Shown: positions 41,247 to 52,115, counted from the stretch's first letter. The stretch is DNA of 64,000 bases from Nitrospirota bacterium (GCA_963710375.1 CAVPZX010000002.1:704001-768000); one strand, 5' to 3'. Translations and numbers: made by a program. Notes: generated by a model from the sequence alone, not told the origin.

Positions 41247-41265
41247 GTACTAAACATCCGCTTAT

Positions 41266-42240
41266 TTATTCGAAGACCGTCAAGCTTCCGATTTTCCTTA
41301 TTTTCTTGTACCGGTCTTCAATGAGTTTTCCCGGAGTTTTCGATTTAATGGCGTCTAGTGTTTTTGTAATATACTCGGCCATACGTTTTGCAGTGGACTC
41401 GGGGTCCCGGTGAGCGCCGCCCAAAGGCTCGGGGATAATATCATCGATTATTTTGAATGCCTTCAGGTCCTGTGCCGTGACCTTAAGGGCATTGGCCGCC
41501 CGAGCAAAGTCATCTGGTGAGAGGTCACCATTTCTCTTCCAGAGAATCGCTGCGCACCCCTCCGGAGAGATAACGGAATAGACGGAGTGCTCCAGCATGT
41601 AGAGCCGGTCTGCAACACTCAGGGCAAGGGCGCCGCCGCTGCCTCCCTCACCGATAACGATCGATATTATCGGCACTTTGAGCCTGGACATCTCCATCAG
41701 ATTGACGGCAATAGCCTCTGCCTGGCCTCTTTTTTCCGCACCCATACCAGGGTATGCTCCCTGAGTATCGATAAAGGTGACCACCGGTCTTTTGAACCGC
41801 TCAGCCAGCCTCATCAGCCTTAACGCCTTCCTGTATCCTTCCGGATGGGGCTGTCCGAAATTCCTGAAAATCCTTTCCTTTGTTCCTCTGCCCTTCTGGT
41901 GTCCTACAACCACCACCCGGTTGCCGTTGATTTTCCCGATCCCTCCGACAATGGCTGGGTCATCACCGAACCTCCTGTCTCCATGCAGTTCAATAAAATC
42001 CTGGACAATCAGGTTAATGTAATCGAGTGTATACGGCCGTTCCGGATGCCGGGCAATCATGTTTTTCTGCCAGGGAGTAAGACGTGAGAAGATATCCGAC
42101 CGCATTTCTTTGGCCTTTTTTTCGAGCTGTTTTATCTCAGAGGAGATATCTATTTCGGTGCCGTCGGAAACCTTTTTAAGTTCCTCGATCTTTGTTTCAA
42201 GCTCTTCAAGCGGCTTTTCAAAATCAAGATAATAACTCAT
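41266..42240 (-). CDS. accA: Acetyl-CoA carboxylase carboxyltransferase alpha subunit
   Basis: [31 protein letters not shown]. Confidence 0.97.
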   Translation of the reverse strand: MSYYLDFEKPLEELETKIEELKKVSDGTEIDISSEIKQLEKKAKEMRSDIFSRLTPWQKNMIARHPERPYTLDYINLIVQDFIELHGDRRFGDDPAIVGGIGKINGNRVVVVGHQKGRGTKERIFRNFGQPHPEGYRKALRLMRLAERFKRPVVTFIDTQGAYPGMGAEKRGQAEAIAVNLMEMSRLKVPIISIVIGEGGSGGALALSVADRLYMLEHSVYSVISPEGCAAILWKRNGDLSPDDFARAANALKVTAQDLKAFKIIDDIIPEPLGGAHRDPESTAKRMAEYITKTLDAIKSKTPGKLIEDRYKKIRKIGSLTVFE

Positions 42241-45200
42241 AATACTTTCACCATGCCACCCGTAATCCGCTCTACCTCTGCCAAAAAATTACCGATCGGC
42301 TGCAGTTGAGATGCTATGATAACACAATATTCGGGAAGGTAAAACCTGAAAGATACTGATACAGGGTCTTTTCCACTGGATTTAAAATCCATTAACTTTC
42401 TTATTTTTCTGAACCTTTCATTCATCGCAGCAGCAGTGTCGCATTTGACGGAAACCTCGTACTTTACGCTGACCTCCATATCAGTCACATCCTGGATCTC
42501 CCTGGCCATAATTTTGGCCCCTTTTTCCGCCCTGAAAACCTGACCGCGCACCATCACCACACTCCCCTTTTTCAGAACCGGAGCAAGCTCCTTGTACAGC
42601 GCAGGGTACACAAGAATATCGCCTGTTCCGGTTTCATCCTCCAGCGAGAGAAATGCGGTCACCCCCTTCTCCCGTGCCTTGCTCTTTATATCGCTGATGA
42701 TGCCTGCAACGCAGATGTCCGCCCGGTCTTCCTTGTCAGCAATATCGGAAATCCTGTTGACGTCCAACGGAGTGAGCATCCTACGGTACCGGGACAGCGG
42801 ATGGCCTGAAATATAAAACCCGAGGGCTTCTTTCTCGTGCTGTAGCAGCGTTTTTTCATCCCAGGGCTGCAGCATGTCGTCAGTTGATTCAGTCTCTCCA
42901 AAAAGCCCTGGGCCGAGGACATCCGCGCGCAAAGGAGAGGAGAACGTCTCCATAGCTTTTGCCCTGGCCCAATTCGGTGTTGTGTCATGTGCTGTAGGTG
43001 ATGAGTCCGAGGATGCCTCATGCCCGCCCTTATAAAGAGAGTCAAAGGCCCCCGCTTTGATAAGACTTTCAATGACCTTCTTGTTTACCCGCTTGTTGTC
43101 TACACGTCTCATGAAATCGCCGAATGAAGTGAAAGTGCCGTTCTGCCGTTCCGTGAGCATCACCTCAATTGCTGCAGAACCCACGCCTTTAACTGCTTCA
43201 AGGCCGAACCGCACCAAATTTCCGAAAATCCTGAATTCGCGTTCGCTCACATTAATGTCGGGCGGCAGTACCTCTATTGCCATGCTCCTGCATTCGTTGA
43301 TGAGCTTCACCACCTTGTCTGTGTCACCCATATCTACGCTCAGGTTTGCAGTCATGAACTCGACCGGATAGTGGGCCTTCAAATACGCTGTCTGGTAAGC
43401 AAGATAGGCATAAGCGGCCGAATGAGATTTATTAAAGCCGTACTCCGCAAAAAAAGCCATAAGCTCGAAAAGCCGTGCAGCCTTTCTCTCAGGGACACCA
43501 TTGGCAATAGCACCCCTTATGAAGACCTCTTTTTGCTTTTCCATCTCCTCGGGCTTCTTCTTGCCCATGGCCCTCCTCAGCAGGTCTGCCTGCCCCAGGG
43601 AAAAGTTTGCTATTCTATTCGCAATTCTCATGACCTGTTCCTGATAAAGAATAACTCCGTATGTCTCATCGAGAATTGCTTTCAACTGAGGCAGTTCATA
43701 TTCAACCTCTGTTTCACCCCGCTTCCTTTTTATGAAATCATCTATCATGCCGCTGCCTATTGGGCCGGGCCGGTATAAGGCAACCAGGGCGATGAGGTCT
43801 TCAAAGCGGTTCGGCTGCATTTTCACAAGTATGTCCCGCATACCATCGCTTTCGAGCTGGAAAATACCGGTGGTCTCGCCCGAGCTGAGGAGCTTATAAG
43901 TGGCTTCATCATCGAGCAGGATTTCAGAGAGGGTTAGATGCTTGCCCTGCTGTTTCATATATTCCACTGCCTTATTCAGAACGGTCAGAGTCTTCAACCC
44001 GAGGAAGTCAAATTTCAGCAGGCCCACGCTTTCAATAGCTCCCATATCGAACTGTGTGGTAATGGTACTTTCCGATGGGTTTTTATACAGCGCGGTAAAG
44101 TCGGTCAGCGGCTCCGGCGCAATTACAACACCGGCGGCATGCGTGGAGGCATGGCGCGAAAGCCCTTCGAGTCTCGTTGCAATATCCAGCAGCTCTTTTA
44201 CCGTCTGGTTGTTGTTATAGAGTTCTCTTAACTGCGGCTCAAGTTTGATCGCTTCATGGATGGTTACATTGTTGGCAGGGACAAGTTTCGCGATGCGGTC
44301 AACTTCCGCATAGGGGATATCAAGCACTCTGCCGACGTCACGGATGGCTGCCTTTGCAGCCATAGTCCCGAAGGTGATAATTTGGGCAACATGGTCAACC
44401 CCATATTTTGCGGCAACATAATCTATTACTTCCTGCCGCCTGTCCTTGCAGAAATCCACATCTATATCCGGCATGCTGATCCTCTCAGGATTGAGAAAGC
44501 GCTCAAAAAGAAGATTGTATTTGATAGGATCGATCTCGGTGATATCAAGGCAGTAGGCAACGAGGCTGCCTGCTGAAGACCCCCTGCCGGGTCCCACAGG
44601 GATGTCGCGGCTGCGCGCATAACTGATAAAATCCCAGACAATAAGAAAATAAGAGGCGTACCCCATCTTCTTTATTACGTTAAGCTCCATGGCAAGGCGG
44701 TCGCTATAGTGTGCAGGGATTTTGTCCTTCATCTTTTCCTGTAGCCCCTTTGCAGCAAGCTCTTCAAGGTATTTGTCGGGAGTTGTCCCTTCAGGAGCCT
44801 TGTATCTTGGCAGCAAGTTCCTGCCTAACGAGAATTCGAGGTTGCACCGCTCTGCAATCAGCCGTGTGTTGTCTATAGCCTCAGGCACTTCACGGAATGC
44901 ATTTTCCATTTCTTGAGGAGATTTAAAATAAAATTCATCCGTTGCCATTTTAAGACGTTTCACATCCTTTACAGTCTTTCCTGTCTGTATGCAGAGGAGA
45001 ATATCATGGGCGCGCGCGTCCTCTTTCTTCAGGTAATGGCAGTCGTTTGTGGCAACAAGTGGAATATGAAGCTCACTCGCAAGCTCGATGAGCTGCATGT
45101 TGACCGTATCCTGTTCGGGAATGCCATTAGACTGTATCTCTAAATAATAATTCTCAGGGCCCAGGATGTGCTTGTACCGCAACGCTGCTTCGCGTGCCTT

Positions 45201-45683
45201 GTCCTGGTTGCCGTACCTAAGATAGTAGGGCACCTCGCCCTTTAGGCACGCGCTTAAGCCTATAAGACCGCCGCTGTACTGTTCAAGAATATCTTTATCG
45301 ATCCTCGGTTTGTAATAGAAACCCTCAAGATAGGCCTTTGAAACAAGAGTGGTCAGGTTTTTATAGCCGGCATTGTCACGTGCGAGGAGGATCAGATGAA
45401 AAGCTGCTTCTTCAGTCAGATTGCTGTCCAGATTTGTTTTTGTCCTGTCAAAACGGCTGCCGGGAGCAACATATACCTCACAGCCGATAATAGGTTTTAT
45501 GCCCTTTTTTACCGCCTTCTTGTAAAAATCGACAGCGCCGCACAGATTTCCGTGATCGGTGATGGCCACGGCAGGCATTTTATAGGCTACGGCCTGCTCA
45601 ATAAGCTCATCTATTTTTATTGCACCGTCCAGAAGGCTGTACTCAGTATGCAAATGGAGAGAGACAAAATGAGCGTGCTGCAT
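42237..45683 (-). CDS. dnaE: DNA polymerase III alpha subunit
   Basis: [28 protein letters not shown]. Confidence 0.98.
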   Translation of the reverse strand: MQHAHFVSLHLHTEYSLLDGAIKIDELIEQAVAYKMPAVAITDHGNLCGAVDFYKKAVKKGIKPIIGCEVYVAPGSRFDRTKTNLDSNLTEEAAFHLILLARDNAGYKNLTTLVSKAYLEGFYYKPRIDKDILEQYSGGLIGLSACLKGEVPYYLRYGNQDKAREAALRYKHILGPENYYLEIQSNGIPEQDTVNMQLIELASELHIPLVATNDCHYLKKEDARAHDILLCIQTGKTVKDVKRLKMATDEFYFKSPQEMENAFREVPEAIDNTRLIAERCNLEFSLGRNLLPRYKAPEGTTPDKYLEELAAKGLQEKMKDKIPAHYSDRLAMELNVIKKMGYASYFLIVWDFISYARSRDIPVGPGRGSSAGSLVAYCLDITEIDPIKYNLLFERFLNPERISMPDIDVDFCKDRRQEVIDYVAAKYGVDHVAQIITFGTMAAKAAIRDVGRVLDIPYAEVDRIAKLVPANNVTIHEAIKLEPQLRELYNNNQTVKELLDIATRLEGLSRHASTHAAGVVIAPEPLTDFTALYKNPSESTITTQFDMGAIESVGLLKFDFLGLKTLTVLNKAVEYMKQQGKHLTLSEILLDDEATYKLLSSGETTGIFQLESDGMRDILVKMQPNRFEDLIALVALYRPGPIGSGMIDDFIKRKRGETEVEYELPQLKAILDETYGVILYQEQVMRIANRIANFSLGQADLLRRAMGKKKPEEMEKQKEVFIRGAIANGVPERKAARLFELMAFFAEYGFNKSHSAAYAYLAYQTAYLKAHYPVEFMTANLSVDMGDTDKVVKLINECRSMAIEVLPPDINVSEREFRIFGNLVRFGLEAVKGVGSAAIEVMLTERQNGTFTSFGDFMRRVDNKRVNKKVIESLIKAGAFDSLYKGGHEASSDSSPTAHDTTPNWARAKAMETFSSPLRADVLGPGLFGETESTDDMLQPWDEKTLLQHEKEALGFYISGHPLSRYRRMLTPLDVNRISDIADKEDRADICVAGIISDIKSKAREKGVTAFLSLEDETGTGDILVYPALYKELAPVLKKGSVVMVRGQVFRAEKGAKIMAREIQDVTDMEVSVKYEVSVKCDTAAAMNERFRKIRKLMDFKSSGKDPVSVSFRFYLPEYCVIIASQLQPIGNFLAEVERITGGMVKVL

Positions 45684-45738
45684 GAAAAATTGTAACGTTT
45701 AAGGATTAGCTTAGTCAATCTTGATAATAAAACATGAA

Positions 45739-45765
45739 GGCAGGCAACGGGATTCGCTGCCTGCC
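45739..45765 (-). terminator. Hairpin after the 45781..46050 gene
   Basis: GGCAGGCA...TGCCTGCC. Confidence 0.45.
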
Positions 45766-45780
45766 CTCATCAATGTGTAC

Positions 45781-46050
45781 TCATGCATATGTATTTATGC
45801 GTGTACCAGTGTCACCAGTTGTCCCGGATTGGACGCCGGCTACTGTCTGTTTAGTAAGGTTCGAGAGCTCAGCCGCAAACGACATCTCCCATTCCTTATG
45901 ATGTTTTTTCTGATTAATGTCGTTCAGCGCCATAGCGTTCAGAGGGTCTTTGGGTACTGGCGTCATTGTATGCGTTATTCCTGAACTACCGCCTATACTA
46001 CCGCCTATATTGCCGCCTATATTGCTTACACCGCCTATTCCTGCGTTCAT
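45781..46050 (-). CDS. Small hypothetical protein with IGG repeats
   Basis: AGGAGG RBS; 12-bp tandem repeats encoding IGGx; ends GTRINTYA. Confidence 0.6.
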   Translation of the reverse strand: MNAGIGGVSNIGGNIGGSIGGSSGITHTMTPVPKDPLNAMALNDINQKKHHKEWEMSFAAELSNLTKQTVAGVQSGTTGDTGTRINTYA

Positions 46051-46087
46051 CGTTGTTCCTCCTTGATTGGTACTCGCATATGTTGAT

Positions 46088-46119
46088 AAAAAACTCCCCT
46101 GAGGAACCTCCTGGGGAAC
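46088..46119 (-). terminator. Rho-independent terminator of hsp20
   Basis: Minus strand TCCCC..GAGG..CCTC..GGGGA followed by TTTTTT. Confidence 0.65.
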
Positions 46120-46125
46120 AATCAG

Positions 46126-46608
46126 TTAGTTGATTGCGATTTTCTTTGTCTTGCTTTCAATATTCTCCGATTTAGGGATTCTTACCTCAAGAACACCGTT
46201 TTCAAGGTGCGCCTTCACTTTGTCCGTGTCCGTGCCCTCCGGCAGCTCGAACCTTCGGCAAAAACAGCCATAAGACCTTTCGAAGCTGATGCAGGAGTCC
46301 TTTTCAATCTTCTCTTCTATCTTCTTTTCGCCTGAAATTGTCAGCATAGTGTCAGCAATATCGATCGTGATATCTTCTTTCCTGACACCGGGCAGATCAG
46401 CCCTGAGCACTAGCTCGTTGCCATCTATAAACATATCAACAGAAGGAGAAAACTCCCCCCGTTCCGTGAGACGGTCAGCGGGCCATAACGACGAAGCAAG
46501 AAGCGAAGACGGCCGCGACCACATGTCCTCGAACCACCTTTCGATTTCGTCAAAAGGGGAAATCGTTCTCGATCTCTCGCTTCTGACCAATTCTCTCGTG
46601 CTTGTCAT
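46126..46608 (-). CDS. Hsp20/alpha-crystallin small heat-shock protein
   Basis: PSVDM, ADLPGV, ERSYG.F.RRFELP, ENGVLEVRIPK. Confidence 0.93.
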   Translation of the reverse strand: MTSTRELVRSERSRTISPFDEIERWFEDMWSRPSSLLASSLWPADRLTERGEFSPSVDMFIDGNELVLRADLPGVRKEDITIDIADTMLTISGEKKIEEKIEKDSCISFERSYGCFCRRFELPEGTDTDKVKAHLENGVLEVRIPKSENIESKTKKIAIN

Positions 46609-46650
46609 GTCATGTACCCCCTTTCATATTATTTTTATTCTCTTACATTC

Positions 46651-46666
46651 GCATTGGCAATGCCGG
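46651..46666 (-). promoter_or_regulatory. Possible sigma-54 promoter of hsp20
   Basis: Minus strand CCGGCATTGCCAATGC (GG-N10-GC); an 11-bp-arm palindrome lies upstream at ~46705-46729. Confidence 0.35.
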
Positions 46667-46785
46667 GAATTGGCGGGAAAAGGCAGTTAAAAGCAGTTCA
46701 AACTAAAGAGGACTATTATAGTCCTCTTTTAGTAGAGTTATGAGTATTTGCTTAATATTTCACGTGCAGTTGAAACCCCTGAAAC

Positions 46786-46830
46786 TAAGAAAGGCGGTAT
46801 ACAGGTAACCCCTGTATACCGCCTTTCTTA
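46786..46830 (-). terminator. Strong hairpin after the SWIB gene
   Basis: 20-bp perfect inverted repeat TAAGAAAGGCGGTATACAGG...CCTGTATACCGCCTTTCTTA. Confidence 0.75.
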
Positions 46831-46851
46831 ATCTAAAGCTGGATGTTTAGT

Positions 46852-47220
46852 TTAACTTAAATGCTTGTTGACCAACTTGGTCATCTCGAACATTGTGACG
46901 GTGCCTTTACCCCCGAACACATCCTTAAGGTTTCCGTCTGCATTTATGTTCCTCTTATTGACTGAATCCTGCAACTTGTTCTTCTTGATGTACTCCCACA
47001 ACTTCTTCACGACCTCTGTCCTGGGAAGTGGCTTGCTTCCAACGACCTTGGCAAGAGCAGGGCTGATATTCATGGCCTTCATGAAGGCCGGATTCGGCGC
47101 CCTCTTCACCTTTGCTTTCTTTGCAGCCGGCTTCTTTGCAACGGTTTTCTTTGCAGCCGGTTTCTTTGCAGTAGCCTTTTTTGTTGCCGCTTTCTTCGCA
47201 ACTGGTTTCTTTGGTGCCAT
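46852..47220 (-). CDS. SWIB/MDM2 domain protein with histone-H1-like Lys/Ala tail
   Basis: KKPAAKK repeats; SPALAKVVG..RTEVVKKLWEYIKKNKLQD..MFEMTK. Confidence 0.92.
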   Translation of the reverse strand: MAPKKPVAKKAATKKATAKKPAAKKTVAKKPAAKKAKVKRAPNPAFMKAMNISPALAKVVGSKPLPRTEVVKKLWEYIKKNKLQDSVNKRNINADGNLKDVFGGKGTVTMFEMTKLVNKHLS

Positions 47221-47466
47221 TCCTGCCTCCTTATTTTTTATGATGCATTTCGTCTATGAAATATTAACAATATCGCTAAACATCGTCAAGTATTAAATTG
47301 GGCAGGGGGACAAGTGCTGGAAACATTTTTCAGCATATGTTACAGTTTAAAAGAGGTCTTAAATGAAAATATTGATTCTCGGTTGGAACCATGCTGGAGC
47401 GGATAATAAAAAAAACTACTTTATATTATCTAATGGTGCGGGAGAGCTTCTCCGGGGACAGGGAAT

Positions 47467-50007
47467 TTGGATGTAGTCAAAATCGATAGCGCCTTCTACA
47501 CGCCTGACAGTTCCTCAGCTCAGGACATTCTGTCCGTTGTAGACAAAAAAATTCTTCTTGATGGGGCCGTTCCTCTTTTCCAATTTATAGATAATGCAGG
47601 TTTAGATGGGAAATCCATCCACAAAATAAGAGTCGCGAGAGAGCTCTCATTCGGCTGCACGGCCTTTCTCAAAGATAAATCTACCGGCAACGTTCTGCTA
47701 AGACCTGAACGCTTCAGCGAACTGGTCCGCTTCCTGGACGAAGACAAACTGGCACAGTACCGGTTTATCCTGGACTCCGACGATAAGGAGTTGCTGAGTG
47801 AGATCATTCAGCAACTGCTCTACCTTGATATTGATATTGAAGTAATGCTCCAAAACGAAGAAGCCGCAATCCGAAGGATGGAGCTCTTTTTAAAAAACTT
47901 TGAGGAGTTGCAGCGCTTTGTTGAGGAAGCGAGGTCCTCGATATACCATGCACGCGTTGACGATTCCATGAAGGAATATAAAAATACCATCCTCCACACT
48001 CTATCCGATATCGGTGAGACCATCAGGGAGATGCAGGTGAAAGACCTGAAAGTAGCGGTCATGGCACTGAAAAAGTCGGGGAAAAGTGCTGTTGTTAATT
48101 GCCTCCTGGGAGATGATTACTCGCCGACGAGCATCGAACTCCCGACGTTCACTACCTGTATTTACAAGAAGAGCAAGAGCGGCAACATTTCACTTTATTA
48201 TAAAAATAAATCCACCTCTTTCGACAGCCCCGCCTCGCTAAAACAATATGTCCTGAGAGAATTCAAGAATATTCATACCGGCACTGAGACCGGTAACTCT
48301 GGTGATGCCATGAACATAAGGTATGTGCCCAGACAAAACGGCACCTTTCCTTACACTATTATAGATACGCCAGGCCCGGATCTTGCGGGGAAACACCACA
48401 GGGAGATAGCATACAAATGGATACAGGAAGCCGATGTTATCCTCTTTATAATCGACTATTCCAAATATCTTACCACCAGTGAGGAAGAGTTTCTCAGAGA
48501 TATAAAAAATGTTTTCGAAGAGCACCGGAAATTCTATTCCTTTATAGTTGTTGTCAACAAACTTGACCTTATGTATTTGAGCGAAGAGAAGAAATCCGGC
48601 TTGCGATTTATTGATTTTCTGAGGACAAAGCTCAAAGAGCTGGGGTACAAGGGCATCGTTATTTTCGGTCTTTCAGCATTGCAATACCTCTATGCGTTAA
48701 AGGCGCCCCAAACCGAAGGCTGCTCCAGTCTTGATGCCGTTAACGGCAAAGACCTCCGGGAGCAACTAGACAAGTGTCTTATGCTGCATCAGGGCAAGGA
48801 CGATATGACCGTGCTTTCTTTCCTGGACAACCAGATAAGAAACCTGAGGTGGTTTCACGGGAAAGAGGATGCAACCTTGCAGGACCTGAAGGAGAAGAGC
48901 GGATTCGAACAGCTCATGCGTTATATCAATTATATATCGATGGAAAAAGCGCAGATTGAACTCCTGAATCACAAAATGTCCATTGTTAATAAGAAACTCG
49001 ATGGTTTCAGGACCACCTTCATAGATAATTTGCTTAAACAGCTTGAGCAGGACAGTATAAAGCTCGAAGGAATAATCGATGAGATAACAAACTTTGTTGA
49101 GACGGTCATTCCATCATCGGGGCATGGCATCACCGTAGAGCCCCTGCTGGCTAATATCGCAAAAGATCTGAGCCTGGCCCAAAAATCCCTGCGTAAAGTG
49201 CTTACTATGCAACTGGAGAGTTGTGTAAGGCAATTGACAAAAATCTTTAAGTCTTTGACAGGCGAGGAGCTCTTGCTTTTCCAGCGAAACGGGAGGATAC
49301 CGGCAACCGACGGGATAGTTTACTCTATCGACAAGTCTGTGATTGAGAAATTGTACGCACCGGTCCTTGGCAAATATAAGGGGAACCTGGCGCGAGAGGT
49401 GTCCGAAAAGAATAATGCACTTGAAGAGCACAGACATGCAATGGACGAAAAGATCTCCATGCTTAATGAGTATTTAAACAAGGATTACGGGCTGCAGAAC
49501 AGCGATATTTCCCTTCCAAAGATTTCAGATGACTTTGCAGGATTTTGCTTCCCTCCGATAAAAATAAGACTTGACGATATTTTTAATCAGGCGCTTATTA
49601 AAGACCGGCTGGTTAAAAAAAGAGGCCTCCTCGGATTTCTGCTTTTGGTGCTGTCATTCGGTTTTTTTAACATAAAAACCGGGGACTTCACTTTCGACGA
49701 AATAAAACTGAGGAAGGCGCTTTTCCTGGTAAGAAAAGGGCTTGATGATGCAACGTGTCAGCAAATTGAACAGATGCACGATCAATTATTGTCTCACATA
49801 ACAAGCCAGCTCTCTAATCTGGAGCAATCAATGTCAGAGTCAATGCTCAATTTTCGTTCTGTCTACAAGGATATTTTCAATGTATTTATCCTCGACCTGA
49901 ACACCCTTAAAGAGGATATAAAATATAAAACAGACTTTTTGAAAGAGGCCGAGAAGGGGATTAACCGCTTCAGCAATTTATGGAAGGGAATAAGCGAAGC
50001 CTCTTAG
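47467..50007 (+). CDS. Dynamin-like GTPase
   Basis: G1 ALKKSGKS, G2 ELPT, G3 DTPG, G4 NKLD; helical stalk; hydrophobic GLLGFLLLVLSFGFF. Confidence 0.82.
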   Translation: MDVVKIDSAFYTPDSSSAQDILSVVDKKILLDGAVPLFQFIDNAGLDGKSIHKIRVARELSFGCTAFLKDKSTGNVLLRPERFSELVRFLDEDKLAQYRFILDSDDKELLSEIIQQLLYLDIDIEVMLQNEEAAIRRMELFLKNFEELQRFVEEARSSIYHARVDDSMKEYKNTILHTLSDIGETIREMQVKDLKVAVMALKKSGKSAVVNCLLGDDYSPTSIELPTFTTCIYKKSKSGNISLYYKNKSTSFDSPASLKQYVLREFKNIHTGTETGNSGDAMNIRYVPRQNGTFPYTIIDTPGPDLAGKHHREIAYKWIQEADVILFIIDYSKYLTTSEEEFLRDIKNVFEEHRKFYSFIVVVNKLDLMYLSEEKKSGLRFIDFLRTKLKELGYKGIVIFGLSALQYLYALKAPQTEGCSSLDAVNGKDLREQLDKCLMLHQGKDDMTVLSFLDNQIRNLRWFHGKEDATLQDLKEKSGFEQLMRYINYISMEKAQIELLNHKMSIVNKKLDGFRTTFIDNLLKQLEQDSIKLEGIIDEITNFVETVIPSSGHGITVEPLLANIAKDLSLAQKSLRKVLTMQLESCVRQLTKIFKSLTGEELLLFQRNGRIPATDGIVYSIDKSVIEKLYAPVLGKYKGNLAREVSEKNNALEEHRHAMDEKISMLNEYLNKDYGLQNSDISLPKISDDFAGFCFPPIKIRLDDIFNQALIKDRLVKKRGLLGFLLLVLSFGFFNIKTGDFTFDEIKLRKALFLVRKGLDDATCQQIEQMHDQLLSHITSQLSNLEQSMSESMLNFRSVYKDIFNVFILDLNTLKEDIKYKTDFLKEAEKGINRFSNLWKGISEAS

Positions 50008-50798
50008 AGGCTGCGAAAGAAGTGAGAGTAAGTTGCTGGAACGAGTTACAGGACCAACTTTTCGACGATTCCTGGAACCCGGAAATCGGTCGTTTTCGTT
50101 CCCGTTACGCCTTTCGCGGCCTCTCCGATGCCGGGTACAGGCTGGAGACAACGTTGATACGCCTGCAGGGCAACTACGTCGGTCTTGAACGGCACCTTCT
50201 CAGGAATTTCAGGAAATACGCTCACCGCGACGTCGTTGAAAGCGACTCAATATGGCACTGGCTTTCAGTGGCGCAGCACTATGGTCTGCCTACGAGACTC
50301 CTTGACTGGACATATTCCCCGTTCATTGCGCTCCACTTTGCCACGGCAAATATAGAAAAGTTTGACACGGATGGCACTATATGGGCAGTCAACTATGTCA
50401 AAGCGCAGCTGGAACTCCCCAAAAAACTCAGGGAGAAACTGGAACTTGAGGGAGCAAACGTCTTCACAGTCGGAATGCTTTCTGAATCGGTCAAATCACT
50501 TATAGAATTGGCCGAGCTCTGCAAAAATGATTTTGTAGTTTTTTTTGAGCCCCCGTCGATCGACGACAGAATAGTAAACCAGTTCGCACTCTTTTCGGTA
50601 ATGTCCGGCCCGACAGATGTCTTGTGCGGCTGGTTGAAAAAACATCCTGCTATATGGCGCAAGATCATTATCCCGGCAGCGCTTAAATGGGAGATCCGCG
50701 ATAAGCTCGACCAGGCAAATGTGACCGAACGAGTTCTATTCCCAGGACTTGACGGCCTCAGCAGATGGCTGAAGCGGCAATACAGCCCCAAATCATAA
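49980..50798 (+). CDS. FRG domain protein
   Basis: YAFRG, AQHYGLPTRLLDWT.SP.IAL.FA, RIVNQ, LFPGLDG. Confidence 0.9.
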   Translation: MEGNKRSLLEAAKEVRVSCWNELQDQLFDDSWNPEIGRFRSRYAFRGLSDAGYRLETTLIRLQGNYVGLERHLLRNFRKYAHRDVVESDSIWHWLSVAQHYGLPTRLLDWTYSPFIALHFATANIEKFDTDGTIWAVNYVKAQLELPKKLREKLELEGANVFTVGMLSESVKSLIELAELCKNDFVVFFEPPSIDDRIVNQFALFSVMSGPTDVLCGWLKKHPAIWRKIIIPAALKWEIRDKLDQANVTERVLFPGLDGLSRWLKRQYSPKS

Positions 50799-50818
50799 CC
50801 TCCTAACCTTTTTCAATA

Positions 50819-50959
50819 TGGGTAGTGGGCCAGTTTGTTTTTGCTCTGTATCAATTAGCCGTTCAATTCAATCATTAGCCTATATTGAGCATTATGCATG
50901 GTCGCCCACTACTGATAACCCAGGTGATACAGAGCAAAAACAAACTGGCCCACTACCCA
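50819..50959. mobile_element. MITE-like element, 141 bp
   Basis: 35-bp perfect terminal inverted repeats TGGGTAGTGGGCCAGTTTGTTTTTGCTCTGTATCA. Confidence 0.7.
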
Positions 50960-51010
50960 ACTATGTCGTCTTATCAAAAAAATAATTTTCGAATTCATGA
51001 AGTTACGCCT

Positions 51011-51065
51011 TGTAACATTTTTTTAATCTGATTGTAATTGTCTTTTAATGATGTCTGAGTATAGT
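51011..51065 (+). promoter_or_regulatory. 11-bp-period direct-repeat array plus -10 box (Pho-box-like)
   Basis: TGTAA/TTTAA/TGTAA/TTTAA at 51011, 51022, 51033, 51044; TATAGT at 51060. Confidence 0.55.
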
Positions 51066-51140
51066 TAAGCCATATCAAAAAATAGCTTAGCTCTGCCGTA
51101 CGGAGTTTTGACAATACGTTTCAAGTAAAAGGGAGGGCAT

Positions 51141-51518
51141 ATGCCGGAGAAATCGTCGAGGGACAACTTCAGGAAAATGTTGCATGAGAAAAAAGTTGAG
51201 ATTATCAGAAACTCCGCAGACGTGATGAAAAAGTTCATGTCAGGTGAAAACAGACAGACTATTGCTGCGGGACAGGATGAGGGCGACTGCTCGGTATTCT
51301 ATCAATTCGAGCATATGAGCTGCAGGCAGTTTGATTTGCAGTTGGAAAGTATCAGGAAAATAGAGCTGGCGCTGAAAAGGCTCGATGAAGGAAGTTACGG
51401 CTATTGCGAAGAATGCGGTGAAGAAATAAGCATGGAAAGGCTTAAAGTAATTCCCTTTGCTCTGCTCTGCCGTGATTGCCAGGAAGCAAGGGAGCAGCAA
51501 CCCAGGCAAAGGAACTAA
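51141..51518 (+). CDS. DksA/TraR family C4 zinc-finger protein
   Basis: DEGD coiled-coil tip; YGYCEECGEEISMERL..CRDCQ. Confidence 0.9.
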   Translation: MPEKSSRDNFRKMLHEKKVEIIRNSADVMKKFMSGENRQTIAAGQDEGDCSVFYQFEHMSCRQFDLQLESIRKIELALKRLDEGSYGYCEECGEEISMERLKVIPFALLCRDCQEAREQQPRQRN

Positions 51519-51561
51519 GTACTTTTACTCATTAGTAAGGCAGCTGTGGTATGCTTTAGCC

Positions 51562-52089
51562 ATGAGCGGTCTTGTCATCTGGATTACCGGCTTGCCTGGA
51601 AGCGGCAAGAGTACGCTTGCAGACGGCATTAAGGAGCGTTTTCCCGGTTTCGTTATTCTGAGAATGGACGAATTGAGGGAAATAGTTACACCTGAACCTC
51701 TGTATTCTGAAGCCGAAAGAGACATTGTATACCGGGCTATTGTTTATACCGCAAAAACACTTTCAACGCTTGACCACTGTGCAATAATCGATGCTACCGG
51801 AAATATGAGAAAATGGCGGGAAATGGCACGGCAACTCATTCCTGACTTTATCGAAATTTATCTCAGATGTCCCCTCCCGGTTTGTGCTGAGAGGGAAGTC
51901 TCCCGTAGCGACAGCCACGGGGCTCCAAAAGACATTTATGCAAAGGGCAAGGCCGGCTGGCCGGTCCCGGGCGTGCAGGTCCCTTACGAGGAACCGTCGA
52001 ACCCGGAACTTGTCATAGATATGGGGTTGACCTCTATCGAAGAGGCTATAGCAAAAGCTTGCGAGTATGTTTCCCGGCAGTTGTCTTAG
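51562..52089 (+). CDS. Adenylyl-sulfate kinase-like P-loop kinase
   Basis: WITGLPGSGKST, EIYLRCPL.VC..R, PG...PYEEP.NPE. Confidence 0.8.
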   Translation: MSGLVIWITGLPGSGKSTLADGIKERFPGFVILRMDELREIVTPEPLYSEAERDIVYRAIVYTAKTLSTLDHCAIIDATGNMRKWREMARQLIPDFIEIYLRCPLPVCAEREVSRSDSHGAPKDIYAKGKAGWPVPGVQVPYEEPSNPELVIDMGLTSIEEAIAKACEYVSRQLS

Positions 52090-52115
52090 TGCAAGTCATT
52101 TATTCGAAGATCCTG

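Noticed and set aside
41266..45683. dnaE-accA overlap as unusual
   Set aside because: This adjacency is a widely conserved arrangement
46609..46780. CIRCE or HAIR heat-shock operator upstream of hsp20
   Set aside because: Neither TTAGCACTC-N9-GAGTGCTAA nor CTTGAGT-N7-ACTCAAG is present
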